A stretch of DNA of 63,959 nucleotides, the filler included, from Octopus bimaculoides (lineage: Eukaryota), in assembly GCF_001194135.2 (NCBI RefSeq). It is 7 parts of 6 records of this genome, joined end to end, with 100 filler letters (N's around TTAATTAATTAA, not from the genome) between each part and the next. Parts side by side here need not be neighbours in the genome. Positions count along the whole stretch, not along the records: positions 1 to 19,059 come from NC_068998.1; 6 more parts are not named here. One strand, written 5' to 3'. The notes under the pieces are model-generated. The model did no database searches. It had not been told where the DNA came from and saw nothing but the letters and a program-made list of their open reading frames with translations. Shown one piece after another: positions 1 to 11,684 of this stretch (within the stretch, counting starts at the first letter, position 1; each line of letters opens with the position of its first letter). The translations under genes were made by a program, and so were the position numbers.

Positions 1-789
1 ATATATATATATATATATATACATACATGTATGCACGTTGATCGACAGTTACATAGATAGATAGCTAGCTAGATAGATAGACAGATAGATAGATAGATAG
101 ATAGATATGCAGAGAAACAGAAAACAGGGATCTGAAGATAATGTGAAACAGAAATAGCCAAAATACTGTATTGAGCGAAATATTTAATTACTAGTTTTCT
201 GGATCTGTTGTTGTTACACACGAGCTCAATTATATTATCGTTATAATGACAGTGCCGCCCTTCCAATAAACGCATGTTTACAGGAAGAAACATAGGCTTC
301 GTAAAAATTTGTTTCCGTTTAAATGACATAAAGCATTTTGTTAATATTTTCTGGATTCAGAATGTTTTGCTTTCAGAACACCCACTCATCCAACCAATGC
401 TTGCTTAACAATGCAATTTCTCTTGTCATTAAGTCGTTATATATGCTATGAAATAAATGAAAACAATTTAAACATGTAAATACACTATGAAGTATTGTTG
501 AAGCTGTGTTGGCAAAATGCTTACGCCTAAAATCATTANNNNNNNNNNATAGAGTAGAATTGTTTTATAATAGCAAACGAAACATTTTGAAACTAATTTA
601 TGTTATACTATGCAATTCCTCGCATAGTATAAGATGTATTTAAACCATACATTTGTATGGTCAGTCTTGGCTGAAGGAGATATTTTCATAATTGTTTGTG
701 CTGGAATATAATTATGAAGTTAAATTGTAAAGATATTATAAAGCAAATAATAATTTACCATAATTTTATTTTAGTTTTTTTTTTTTATT

Positions 790-925
790 TCTACTCTAGG
801 CACAAGATCCAGAATACTAGAAGAGGAGACTGGAATAAATTTTCATCGACCCCGATAAGTTGAAAGGCAAAGTCACCCTCGGTGGAGTTTGAGCTCGGAA
901 CGTAAAGCCAGAAGAAAGGCCGCCT
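790..925 (-). mobile_element. tRNA-derived SINE, family B, degenerate fragment
   Basis: Reverse complement resembles the copy at 14821-14985 (tgaaaggcaaagtc...ctcgg...tttga.ctc.gaacgt block). Confidence 0.55.
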
Positions 926-984
926 TAATCCTTGGCCTACAAATGATTCCAAAGGCTCGATCCCTTACATTTGAATATAATAAT

Positions 985-1122
985 CCTTTTTGCTGTAGGC
1001 ACAAGGCCAGGTATTTTGGGCGGACGGGAAGTAGTTAATTACATCGACTGTTAGTTAATTTATGGACTCGAAAGAATGAAAGGTAAAGTCGGCCCTGAAG
1101 GAATTTAAACTCAGAACGGACA
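985..1122 (-). mobile_element. tRNA-derived SINE, family B, degenerate fragment
   Basis: aggcacaaggcc...tacatcgac...gaatgaaaggtaaagtcggccctgaaggaatttaaactcagaac matches other family B copies in the window. Confidence 0.55.
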
Positions 1123-1138
1123 TACAGTCTTCAAAAGG

Positions 1139-1253
1139 TATTGCCCGAGGCTATAGTAGAAGACACTTGCCCAAGGTGCCACACACTGGGACCGAACCCC
1201 AAACGATGTGGTTGAGAAGAAAGCGTCTTCCCACAGAGCCTCTCCTGCAACCT
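1139..1253 (-). mobile_element. tRNA-derived SINE, family A, 5' part
   Basis: gcccgaggctatagtagaagacacttgcccaaggtgccac is the reverse complement of the head of the long copy at 55595-55991. Confidence 0.75.
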
Positions 1254-1267
1254 ATATATATATATAT

Positions 1268-1306
<39 letters not shown>

Positions 1307-1390
1307 NNNNNNNNNNNNNNNNNNNNNNNNNNNNNNNNNNNNNNNNNNNNNNNNNNNNNNNNNNNNNNNNNNNNNNNNNNNNNNNNNNNN

Positions 1391-1440
<50 letters not shown>

Positions 1441-2024
1441 CACACAAATACACACATATGTAAACATATATACATGCTTTGGGCGTGTGCAATAAACTAC
1501 CACATACAGAGTCATAAGTTTATGTATATACATCCATACACACCTATATACATACATACACACACAGATACATACAAATCCATATCTACACACACACACA
1601 TACATACATACATATGTAAATATTCTCTCGTTTAGAACGTTACACAATATTTCGATGACGAGAAATCTATGATTCAGATAAATATCAACATATGCGGGGG
1701 CGTAACAAAAATGTAATATTCTGGTAATTGTTAAGGTTTAGCAAAATTAATAAGGCATTTAAATGGAGGAATGCTATCGGGATAACTAGGGTTGAAAGTT
1801 ATGTAATTATTGAAAGTGTTTTGCAGAAGTCATCATTAGTTTCATCTTGCTAAAGGTAACTTCAAAGCATAATGTATGTGAGTGTAGACACGTACACACA
1901 CACACACATATACGTATGTATGTATGTATATATATTTCGTAAATACATATGTATATATATATATAGTATAGAATTTAACAATACATCTTTATTTAAGCAT
2001 ACAAGTATATATGTGTGTATGTAG

Positions 2025-2055
<31 letters not shown>

Positions 2056-2544
2056 CTAAAACACGCATATACACTCTTGTGACTATAGCTGCTGATCCCT
2101 CACTACGACGTTAACACGCACACATACAGACTACTCATACAAACACATGCAAACGGTCAATACCACACACACACACACACAAACAAACACGCTATCACAC
2201 ACACATTTCATCACATACACGTGCGCGCGGACGCACGCACACACACACACACACACACACGCAGATACCAACCAATCGTCACACCCTCCTCTCCCAGAAA
2301 GCACTTTCTCGATGCTCATCTATTACCGATCATTTCAAATATTTAAATACACGTGGACAGTTGGACCGATTTTTCCCCTCTTTCGTTTCCTTCAGACTTT
2401 ACTATGTTACCTTTTTCCAAAGCAGAGCTATGCACCAAACGTAAAACAACCACTTTTTCTTTCCTTCTCTGAGCGTCTTATTAGTAGTAGTTTGCACGTG
2501 GTTCGTCCTCTCGTTGTTGTTTTCTTTTGTCTTTTTCTCCACTT

Positions 2545-2910
2545 ATCAAGCACATGGTTCCGCGTTCAATCCCACTGCGTGGCAACTTGGGCAAGTGTCT
2601 TGTAATATAGACTCGGGCCGACCAAAAACTTGTCAGTGGATTTGGTAAACAGAAACTGAAAGAAGCTCGTCATATATGTATATGTGTGTGTATGTATGTG
2701 TCTGTTTTTGTGCATCCGTAATTGCCCCCCCCCCCGCCTAATATCGCTTGACAGCTGATACTGGGGTGTTTACGTCCCCGTAACTTAGCGGTTCGGCAAA
2801 AGAGACGGAAAGAATAAGTACTAGTCTTATAAAGAATAAGTTCCGGGCTTAATTTTCTCGACTTAAGGTAGTGCTTCAGCATGGCCGCATTTAAATGATT
2901 AAAACAAATA
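2545..2910 (+). mobile_element. tRNA-derived SINE, family A, nearly full length
   Basis: B-box-like gttcaatccc, then cactgcgtggcaacttgggcaagtgtct, cgtccccgtaacttagcggttcggcaaaagagac and cagcatggccgca, colinear with 55595-55991. Confidence 0.8.
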
Positions 2911-3503
2911 CAATATCAAAAGAATATATATAATAGTAATAATATTTGGGAATAAAAAATTCTTATTCCAACCTTACAGGCAAAAAATCGGTATGCTATT
3001 ATACCGGGTTTCTTAATATATAATATATATGTATATAATTTAGAGACGAACCAACACTCAACAACTCAATCAACTCAGAATACATAAATAAATCATAGAA
3101 ATACTAATTTAAAAAATTTAAAAGTCAAATTTATAAATTGGACAGTAAAAATTAATACGATAATATACAGTATGGAAGTGTAAATGTAAAAAGTTAGTGC
3201 TAGTACATAGACTACGAGCGTTTCATCGTTGAAATAGGACTATATAAAATCATAAGCAAATTCTATCCGAGTTCATTAGAACGGGGAAATGATTTTACTC
3301 CCAAAATCAGTCACTCTCAGGTCAAACCCTAAGAATATACCTAAAATCATTCAAGGAATAAACATAAACATGAGAAATAAAAATATATATAAAGAGACAA
3401 AATCTGTAAACTAATCCCTACATTAACGGTATTAATATGATTAAGAGTTATAATCTAAACTAAAAATACTATAGTATTATAGTAAACAAGATTAAAACAT
3501 TAT

Positions 3504-3770
3504 GGGGATCCTTGTGATTTGACGGGCAACACTTGTTTTCTTAACGAAACACTTTCAAACTTGGGACACTGGTAGAATGTGTCATATAAAACAACTTCTT
3601 CTCTTAACCTTCTTAACAAAAAATTGTACATCGCAAGTTATTTCATGTTAAAGTTGTCGTATTTCTGTAATTTCAACCAATCACTGACGTCTATTCAGCT
3701 GAATACAGTTAGTGCTGTTCGGTGTCATGTGTGTTATTCCCTGTTTAATTATATCATTATTCCCTAGTAA
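3504..3770 (+). repeat. Dispersed repeat of unknown class (probable non-autonomous DNA element), copy 1
   Basis: About 250 bp matching the reverse complement of 43555-43830 (ttaacgaaacactttcaaact...gtagaatgtgtcatataaaaca...tacatcgcaagttatttcatgttaaagttgtcgtatttctgtaatttcaaccaat). Confidence 0.75.
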
Positions 3771-3938
3771 GGGTTTGGGGTTTTAGGGTTAGGGTTAGGG
3801 TTATGAGTTATAGGGTTAGAGTTAAGGTTATGGCAAAAATAATCATAACCCTAACCGTAATACTAAAACTAACCCTAACCGTAATACTAAAACTAACCCT
3901 AACTCTAAAACCCGAACCCTAACCCTAAAGCTAAAACC
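3769..3938. repeat. Interstitial telomere-like repeats in head-to-head orientation
   Basis: G-rich arm with three perfect TTAGGG units (3783-3800), a ~13-bp spacer, then a C-rich arm of CCCTAA variants including a 24-bp tandem duplication (taaccctaaccgtaatactaaaac x2). Confidence 0.8.
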
Positions 3939-6474
3939 AGAACAAACGCACGAACGATGTCATAAATAACAGTGACACGGATAGTTTTTGTTGACAAACA
4001 ACGGCACTAATTTTATTCAAGGGAAAAAATCCCGTAACACCGTTNNNNNNNNNNNNNNNNNNNNNNNNNNNNNNNNNNNNNNNNNNNNNNNNNNNNNNNN
4101 NNNNNNNNNNNNNNNNNNNNNNNNNNNNNNNNNNNNNNNNNNNNNNNNNNNNNNNNNNNNNNNNNNNNNNNNNNNNNNNNNNNNNNNNNNNNNNNNNNNN
4201 NNNNNNNNNNNNNNNNNNNNNNNNNNNNNNNNNNNNNNNNNNNNNNNNNNNNNNNNNNNNNNNNNNNNNNNNNNNNNNNNNNNNNNNNNNNNNNNNNNNN
4301 NNNNNNNNNNNNNNNNNNNNNNNNNNNNNNNNNNNNNNNNNNNNNNNNNNNNNNNNNNNNNNNNNNNNNNNNNNNNNNNNNNNNNNNNNNNNNNNNNNNN
4401 NNNNNNNNNNNNNNNNNNNNNNNNNNNNNNNNNNNNNNNNNNNNNNNNNNNNNNNNNNNNNNNNNNNNNNNNNNNNNNNNNNNNNNNNNNNNNNNNNNNN
4501 NNNNNNNNNNNNNNNNNNNNNNNNNNNNNNNNNNNNNNNNNNNNNNNNNNNNNNNNNNNNNNNNNNNNNNNNNNNNNNNNNNNNNNNNNNNNNNNNNNNN
4601 NNNNNNNNNNNNNNNNNNNNNNNNNNNNNNNNNNNNNNNNNNNNNNNNNNNNNNNNNNNNNNNNNNNNNNNNNNNNNNNNNNNNNNNNNNNNNNNNNNNN
4701 NNNNNNNNNNNNNNNNNNNNNNNNNNNNNNNNNNNNNNNNNNNNNNNNNNNNNNNNNNNNNNNNNNNNNNNNNNNNNNNNNNNNNNNNNNNNNNNNNNNN
4801 NNNNNNNNNNNNNNNNNNNNNNNNNNNNNNNNNNNNNNNNNNNNNNNNNNNNNNNNNNNNNNNNNNNNNNNNNNNNNNNNNNNNNNNNNNNNNNNNNNNN
4901 NNNNNNNNNNNNNNNNNNNNNNNNNNNNNNNNNNNNNNNNNNNNNNNNNNNNNNNNNNNNNNNNNNNNNNNNNNNNNNNNNNNNNNNNNNNNNNNNNNNN
5001 NNNNNNNNNNNNGACGAGGGTTAGTATATTTGATTTATTGGTACTAAATGAATGTTTCCCATACATGAATCCTGTCTGAACAGAAATATTATTCTTCACA
5101 TTTTTTTTTGGGGGGGGGGGTATTCGAGAAAGAGCCTGACCTGAAGTGCGTGTAGTTTCTTTACTTTTGCATCCAGCTGTCTGAGGAAGCCTCTAAATGC
5201 ATCATGTCGAAGTGTCTTGCGTATATGCATGTTTTTATCTATGACGGATGGTGTGAATAAATGTCTAAATATCGATTCGTAGCGATCTTTTTATAAAATA
5301 TAACTTTTATAATACTCACCTTACATATGAGAATATCAAACATCGGCAATTCTTTTTCACTGATTTTTCTCGTGAATTTAACGAGCGACTGAAGTGCACT
5401 TTGGGTCAGTTGAAATAGCTGTAGTTTTTCTTATAATTACTTTCATAAAAGAAAGCATTCTCTGCAGTATCAGTTAATCTCTAGCGATAAATTTCGTTTA
5501 TGCTTTGTAATAACAAATGTTTCTCCAAGACAACTCATTGCAAAGTTAAATCTGTTTTCTTGCTGTCAAACACGTTAGACCTGTGTTCTTCCATTTTTAA
5601 GTGTAGCGGTTGTGGTCAATAAATTAGAATGTATTAGGTGGCAAGGATTCACCTTAAGGTGTCAGGGATTTCAGGAATGTATGGAGCTGTGCCAATACTA
5701 GAAGCACCACACTAGACAAATCTTGTAGTGTCTATCAGGCACCCTGTCTATGGGTTATATACGAGTTGCTACTTAGTATAAGACATGCAAGATTTGAAGA
5801 AGGACTAGTCCCAAGACGTTCGTTACAACGGTCACCCTTGAGTCACTTGAACCATTGAATCCCTCCCAAATATTTAAAGGGAACTGTACATCAAGGTTAA
5901 GCTTGGGAGAATAAAGACTAACAGGAGAACGAGAACATATACAGGAAGAAAGTCAAGAGTAACCACGGATGTGACTTTCCTAACAAAAATCATTAATCTT
6001 GTGGGGGTTGTTAGGAGGGCCAAGATCACAATTGCCTGTAAAATATGCTCAATATAGGACTACGTCGGATTTTGATGATTAAACATTTTGAAATGTTTAC
6101 ATTAATCATGTTTCTACTACTAAACCTAATCTGAGTTGTATATGAAGGTGCACAATATTTATGCGGCAATTTGTTAAATTGTTCGACTCATACGTGTCCC
6201 CAAACATATTATAACCAGTTCACTTTCCAACTTCATCCCAATTCGTATTGGAATTTCTATGCTGATAGAACCCACGACAAAGCTCTCTTAGCCCGCGGTA
6301 CGCCCNNNNNNNNNNNNNNNNNNNNNNNNNNNNNNNNNNNNNNNNNNNNNNNNNNNNNNNNNNNNNNNNNNNNNNNNNNNNNNNNNNNNNNNNNNNNNNN
6401 NNNNNNNNNNNNNNNNNNNNNNNNNNNNNNNNNNNNNNNNNNNNNNNNNNNNNNATATGAAGGTTGTAGGTATT

Positions 6475-7396
6475 GTTTTGTTTATGAATTCTGCCAAATG
6501 CAAGCTTTCTTTTCAGGTACACGACACTGCTTTCCCCCATCCCAGGGTCACACGGGCCCACTCCTCTGACACCCACTCCTCCCACACTGTCAGGATTGGC
6601 ACTCTCAACGTCGGCACGCTGAAAGGTAGGTCTGGTGAGATTGTTGAGATGCTTGAACGGCGACGCGTAGATCTGTGCTGCATCCAAGAAGTAAGATGGA
6701 GAGGATGTTCTGCGAGGTTCCTCACAGGCAAAGTACACAGGTACAACATTTTCGGGGCAGGGAACACTAACGGGGTCGGGGGCGTAGGAATACTCCTAGC
6801 AGAGAAATGGGTTGATAAGGTAATCGAGGTAGTTAGAGTATTTGACAGAGTACTTAAGATTAGACTAGTGCTTCATCATAGGCTAGTTACTGTCATCTCA
6901 GCCTATGCCCCTCAACCGTATGGTCTGAAAGACCAATTCTATGACACCCTCTTGCAAACTACCTCGTCGACAAGTGACAGGGACCTTCTCTTTGTGGCTG
7001 GTGACTTCAATGGTCATGTCGGACATCGTGCTGGAGGCTTCCATGGCATGCATACATGGAGGCTATGGCTTCGGTTCCCGCGATGAGGAGGGAACCAGAC
7101 TGCTGGAGTTCTGTGATGCAACTGATCTTATGGTATGCAATACCAACTTCAGGAAACCTGCCTGTCACCTAGTCACCTACCGATCCGGCAGACACTCTAG
7201 CCAAATCAACTACATCTTCGCCAGAAATAGAGAAAGAGGGCGGCTTATAAATGCCAAAACCCTCCCTGGCGAAGAATGTACACCCCAACACAGATTAGTA
7301 GTCAGCGACTTCGAGATCAAGGCAATATGGGTGCCCAGAAGTAGACCGGCTTGGAGGAGAAGGGTATGGAAGCTTAAAGACCCTGCAAATGGACAG
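6475..7396 (+). mobile_element. RTE-clade LINE, apurinic endonuclease domain, frameshifted
   Basis: VRIGTLNVGTLKG...DLCCIQEVRWRG...GVGILL...VISAYAPQ...VAGDFNGHVG, then after a frameshift near 7060 HGGYGFGSRDEEGTRLLEFC...NTNFRK...SQINYI...PQHRLVVSDF. These are typical RTE endonuclease motifs. Cut by an N gap. Confidence 0.9.
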
Positions 7397-8084
7397 NNNN
7401 NNNNNNNNNNNNNNNNNNNNNNNNNNNNNNNNNNNNNNNNNNNNNNNNNNNNNNNNNNNNNNNNNNNNNNNNNNNNNNNNNNNNNNNNNNNNNNNNNNNN
7501 NNNNNNNNNNNNNNNNNNNNNNNNNNNNNNNNNNNNNNNNNNNNNNNNNNNNNNNNNNNNNNNNNNNNNNNNNNNNNNNNNNNNNNNNNNNNNNNNNNNN
7601 NNNNNNNNNNNNNNNNNNNNNNNNNNNNNNNNNNNNNNNNNNNNNNNNNNNNNNNNNNNNNNNNNNNNNNNNNNNNNNNNNNNNNNNNNNNNNNNNNNNN
7701 NNNNNNNNNNNNNNNNNNNNNNNNNNNNNNNNNNNNNNNNNNNNNNNNNNNNNNNNNNNNNNNNNNNNNNNNNNNNNNNNNNNNNNNNNNNNNNNNNNNN
7801 NNNNNNNNNNNNNNNNNNNNNNNNNNNNNNNNNNNNNNNNNNNNNNNNNNNNNNNNNNNNNNNNNNNNNNNNNNNNNNNNNNNNNNNNNNNNNNNNNNNN
7901 NNNNNNNNNNNNNNNNNNNNNNNNNNNNNNNNNNNNNNNNNNNNNNNNNNNNNNNNNNNNNNNNNNNNNNNNNNNNNNNNNNNNNNNNNNNNNNNNNNNN
8001 NNNNNNNNNNNNNNNNNNNNNNNNNNNNNNNNNNNNNNNNNNNNNNNNNNNNNNNNNNNNNNNNNNNNNNNNNNNNNNNNNNNT

Positions 8085-8428
8085 TTTGAGCGTGGCCGTT
8101 GCCAGTACCGCCTGACTGGCCTTCATAGGATTTCCAAGCGAGATCGTTGCCAGTGCCCCTGGACTGGCTGTTGTGCGGGTGGCACATAAAAGACACCATT
8201 TTGAGCGTGTCCGTTGCCAGTACTGCCTGACTGGCCTTCGTGCGGGTGACACCTAAAAGCACCCACTACACTCTCTGAGTGGTTGGCGTTAGGAAGGGCA
8301 TCCAGCTGTAGAAACTCTGCCAAATTAGATTGGAGCCTGGTGTTACCATCCGGTTTCACCAGTCCTCAGTCAAATCGTCCAACCCATGCTAGCATGGAAA
8401 GCGGACGTTAAACGATGATGATGATGAT
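8085..8428 (+). mobile_element. RTE-type LINE 3' UTR ending in a (GAT)n tail
   Basis: Co-oriented with the endonuclease across the gap; ends catgctagcatggaaagcggacgttaaacgatgatgatgatgatg; near-identical inverted copy at 51022-51268. Confidence 0.75.
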
Positions 8429-8719
8429 GTTCCTTTGTACATACCAAAACTCCGTTGGAGTCTTGTGGTGTACAAGCTTAAGTATGGAATCTTAAGAATT
8501 ACTTATAAGTTTGTGGCCCTGCACATTTTGGCCAATTTCAGATCAGCTTGTTTCAGTCTCCACATGTTTTGTTATTCCGTTCGTTTATAGCGATCAATAA
8601 TATAGAGTCCTTATGAATCATTGGTAATCCATAAATATAATTTTCCCCATTTTTGAAGTTCGACATGGTATCGATTTTTAAATTTCTTTTTTTATCAGAG
8701 AACAGTCTGATCATTCTTT

Positions 8720-8919
8720 TCTGCTCCAGGCAGAAGGCCCGAAATTTTGCAGGAGGAAGCCAATCGATTAAATCGACACCAGTACGAAACTGCTTCTTAA
8801 TTTAATGACTCCGAAAGGGTGAAAGGCAAAGTTGACCTCGGCGGAATTTGAACTCAGAACGTAAAGACAGACGAAATAAGCATTTCGCCCGGTGTGCTAA
8901 CGTTTCTGTCACATCGCCG
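8720..8919 (-). mobile_element. tRNA-derived SINE, family B
   Basis: gaaagggtgaaaggcaaagttgacctcggcggaatttgaactcagaacgt...catttcgcccggtgtgctaacgtttctg is the reverse complement of the family B head. Confidence 0.8.
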
Positions 8920-9559
8920 TCTTAGAAAGCAATCTGGTCATTGCTCTATTAATGGTTTGATTTCGTTCAAGAGATTCTTCCTATTTTTCCTTGTAGTAAA
9001 TCTCTTCCGTTAATTGTTAAAATGCTTCATCTTCCTCGAATTCTTTATTCATAATATTACAAGTTCCGCCTTCGTCATTTTCTTTCAAAATTCAGTTTTC
9101 AATGCCTGTAGAGAGAATATCTTCCTTTTTCCTCGAAGCCTTTGTTTCCATTAATAAGTAACAATAGAAATATTAGTTATCATTTAGATATTGATATTCA
9201 AATATCTACCACTCCCTCTACATGAAGTGAAGTTCGATCGATTTCTGGCAATGGAATCATCACTTCCGTCTTTATTGTCGAAAAATTCCCTCAAGTGGAA
9301 GCATTGATAATATATTTGAATATCTATGTGGTGATATTTGATTTTTGTGTAAAAGTAAATTTAAATCTATTCAATAATACATCATTTTCATTTTTCTGTT
9401 AAACTTTTCCCGATATATATATATATATATAATTTTAGGAGTCTCCTTTTCTGTGCATCTATTTCGATTCTTTAGTTTTGTAAGGCCCCATTTCCAGTGG
9501 CAGAATGTTCCCTCTGTAAAATAATTACCAGTATTATACTTTTTCAGTTTTTTAATTAT

Positions 9560-9800
9560 GGTGAAGGAGCGTGGCTCAGTGGTTCGGGTAATCGGTCCAC
9601 AATCGTAATGTCCTGAGTTCGATTCCCGGCAGTGTGTTGTGTCCTTGAGCAAGACACTTTATTTCACAGTGCACCACTCCACAAAGCAGGCAAAAAACGA
9701 GTAGTATTGGTATTTCAAAGGGCCACACTTGTTACACTCTTCGGCATGCTACATATCCCTGAAAAGTACGTTAAGAGTCCGCGGGTACGCCCGTCTGTGG
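9560..9800 (+). mobile_element. tRNA-derived SINE, family C
   Basis: A box tggctcagtgg and B box gttcgattccc, followed by gtgttgtgtccttgagcaagacactttatttcac; inverted relative at 11036-11350. Confidence 0.75.
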
Positions 9801-10074
9801 AGAGAGAGAGGAGGGGGTCGATATTTATGTCTAATAAAGAAAGCAATTATATCATTTATGTCGTTCTATTTCTGGCCGTAGTCTACATTTTCTGTCAGCA
9901 ATGGGAGGGATGTCCTAATCTGGTGCCGGATTCAGATTGGAACACAGAGCTGGAGCAGATACAATCCAACGCCCCTATATGTATGTATGCATATATATAG
10001 AGAGAGAAAAAGAAAGCGAAAGAGGGGAGGCTGGAGAGTTGTATACATTCACACACCCAGACATACACACACAA

Positions 10075-10124
<50 letters not shown>

Positions 10125-11035
10125 GTATGTAATTTTTTGGCATTAACTAATAAGCAAATAGCTGTTGTGTATGTATTGGTGTATCCTTTATCAATTCGAA
10201 CGTTGATGTTTCCTAGTCGACGCTGAAATAACATGAAAACAGGCCATGGTTCAGCGAAAATATGCACCTGAACACTGAGACAGTATGTGATACGGGTGGA
10301 CTTTATATCAATCAAGACAGAAACGGAGATCTCAACATTGAAATAACGGAAAGCTACGCTGACTCAATAGGATTTGCCTTCCAAGGGCAGAAAACCGAGC
10401 AGATTTCCTTTTTATAACCTTGCTGACAAATATGAACGTTTCTTTCTCCCTTGTCTCTATCCACCATTCTATTTTTTTAAGCAATCCATTTTAATCATTC
10501 TACTTGCCGCACTGACGACTGCACCGATTTGCCACTTGGTAAATGAGTACTTGTTTTAATTAGTAAGTTCGTGGAATAAGTTCATTGTTAATTAGTAACA
10601 GCGGAGAAGAGAAAAAACGAAATCACATAAAACGGCAAAACACAAATACAATCAAAAGAGTTATTCAGATATATAAGATTAAAGTTTGCTTTTACATCTA
10701 TTTTGTTTTGTTATATATTGATTACAGCAACTCCGTAGGAGATCGACTATTTTTGTATAATGATATCATTATTAAGATAATGCTGTGTACGATGTTATTA
10801 TCTCTTTCATTATTAACGTTAAAAGAAAACACGTCGCTAACCTAGAATAGACAAACCACACACATATTGTCTTAAAATTAACGTGGATATAAAATAGTCA
10901 GTAAACGTATCTGTTTGGTCAAAGTATTGATTCCTTTGTTTACTTAGTTTAGCATATGATGGGAGGTCAAGTGGTACGCGGAGTCTGCATGAAACATAAA
11001 TGACTATTCTTTGACGTTTTTTTTTTTTTACTCAA

Positions 11036-11350
11036 CCAGCACTTCGTCGGTTGCGACGGTGAGAGGATGAGTTTGAAAGATGTACAGAACAGCTTGCTCA
11101 CGAAATTACCTTGCAAATGGCTGAGCACTCCACAAATAGGCGTATCTTTAGCGTAGTTATCGGGAATAAGTCAGCGGGACGCAGAATGGGACAAGGGTGG
11201 CCCTTTTTAATTGCAGATACTATTCATTTTTGCCTGCTGAGGAGAATGGAGCCACATGAAAGAAAATGTCATGCTGAATGATACAAGGCAGTGCCAGGAA
11301 TCGAACTCACTATCTTAAAAGCGAAGCAAGCCTAATACACAAACCACTAA
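11036..11350 (-). mobile_element. tRNA-derived SINE, family C, diverged
   Basis: ggaatcgaactc (reverse B box), catttttgcc...g, tggccctt and gagcactccac correspond to the 9560 copy. Confidence 0.6.
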
Positions 11351-11392
11351 GACAATTGCCCTCATAACACCTTTATTGGCCATTATATGAAC

Positions 11393-11630
11393 AGCGCGAG
11401 CTGGCAGAATCGTTAGCACGCTGGACAAAATGCTTATTCGCTACATTCAGAGTTCAAATTCCGCCGAGGCCTGTGTGTGGCTTTGTGGTAAGAAACTTGC
11501 ATCTCAACCACATGACTCCGGGTTCAGTCCCACTGCGTGGCACCTAGATCAACTGTCTTCTGCTATAGCCTCGGGCCGACCAAATCTTTGTGAGTGGATT
11601 TGGCAGACGGAAACTGAAAGAAGCCTATCA
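11393..11630 (+). mobile_element. Family B SINE head joined directly to a family A SINE head
   Basis: gagctggcagaatcgttagcacgc...gagttcaaattccgccgagg (B, to ~11469), then gtggctttgtggtaagaaacttgc...gggttcagtcccactgcgtggcacc...gacggaaactgaaagaagcc (A). Confidence 0.75.
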
Positions 11631-11648
11631 TATATATATTTATTTATT

Positions 11649-11684
<36 letters not shown>

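Noticed and set aside
128-175. CUGAAGA...GAAACAG...CUGUA
   Set aside because: Stem III pairs, but stems I and II do not; chance match.
3205-3285. Minus-strand CUAAUGA...GAAACGCUCGUA
   Set aside because: Core G5 is missing, the long intervening region has no convincing stem II, and stem I fails.
7397-8084. RTE seems to lack its RT domain (only ~690 N between endonuclease and 3' UTR)
   Set aside because: Gap length is an estimate; a real internal deletion cannot be inferred.
8341-8373. Minus-strand CUGAGGA...GAAACC-GGAU-GGUA in the RTE tail
   Set aside because: No stem II or stem I, and the sister copy at ~51080 has C in place of the essential U.
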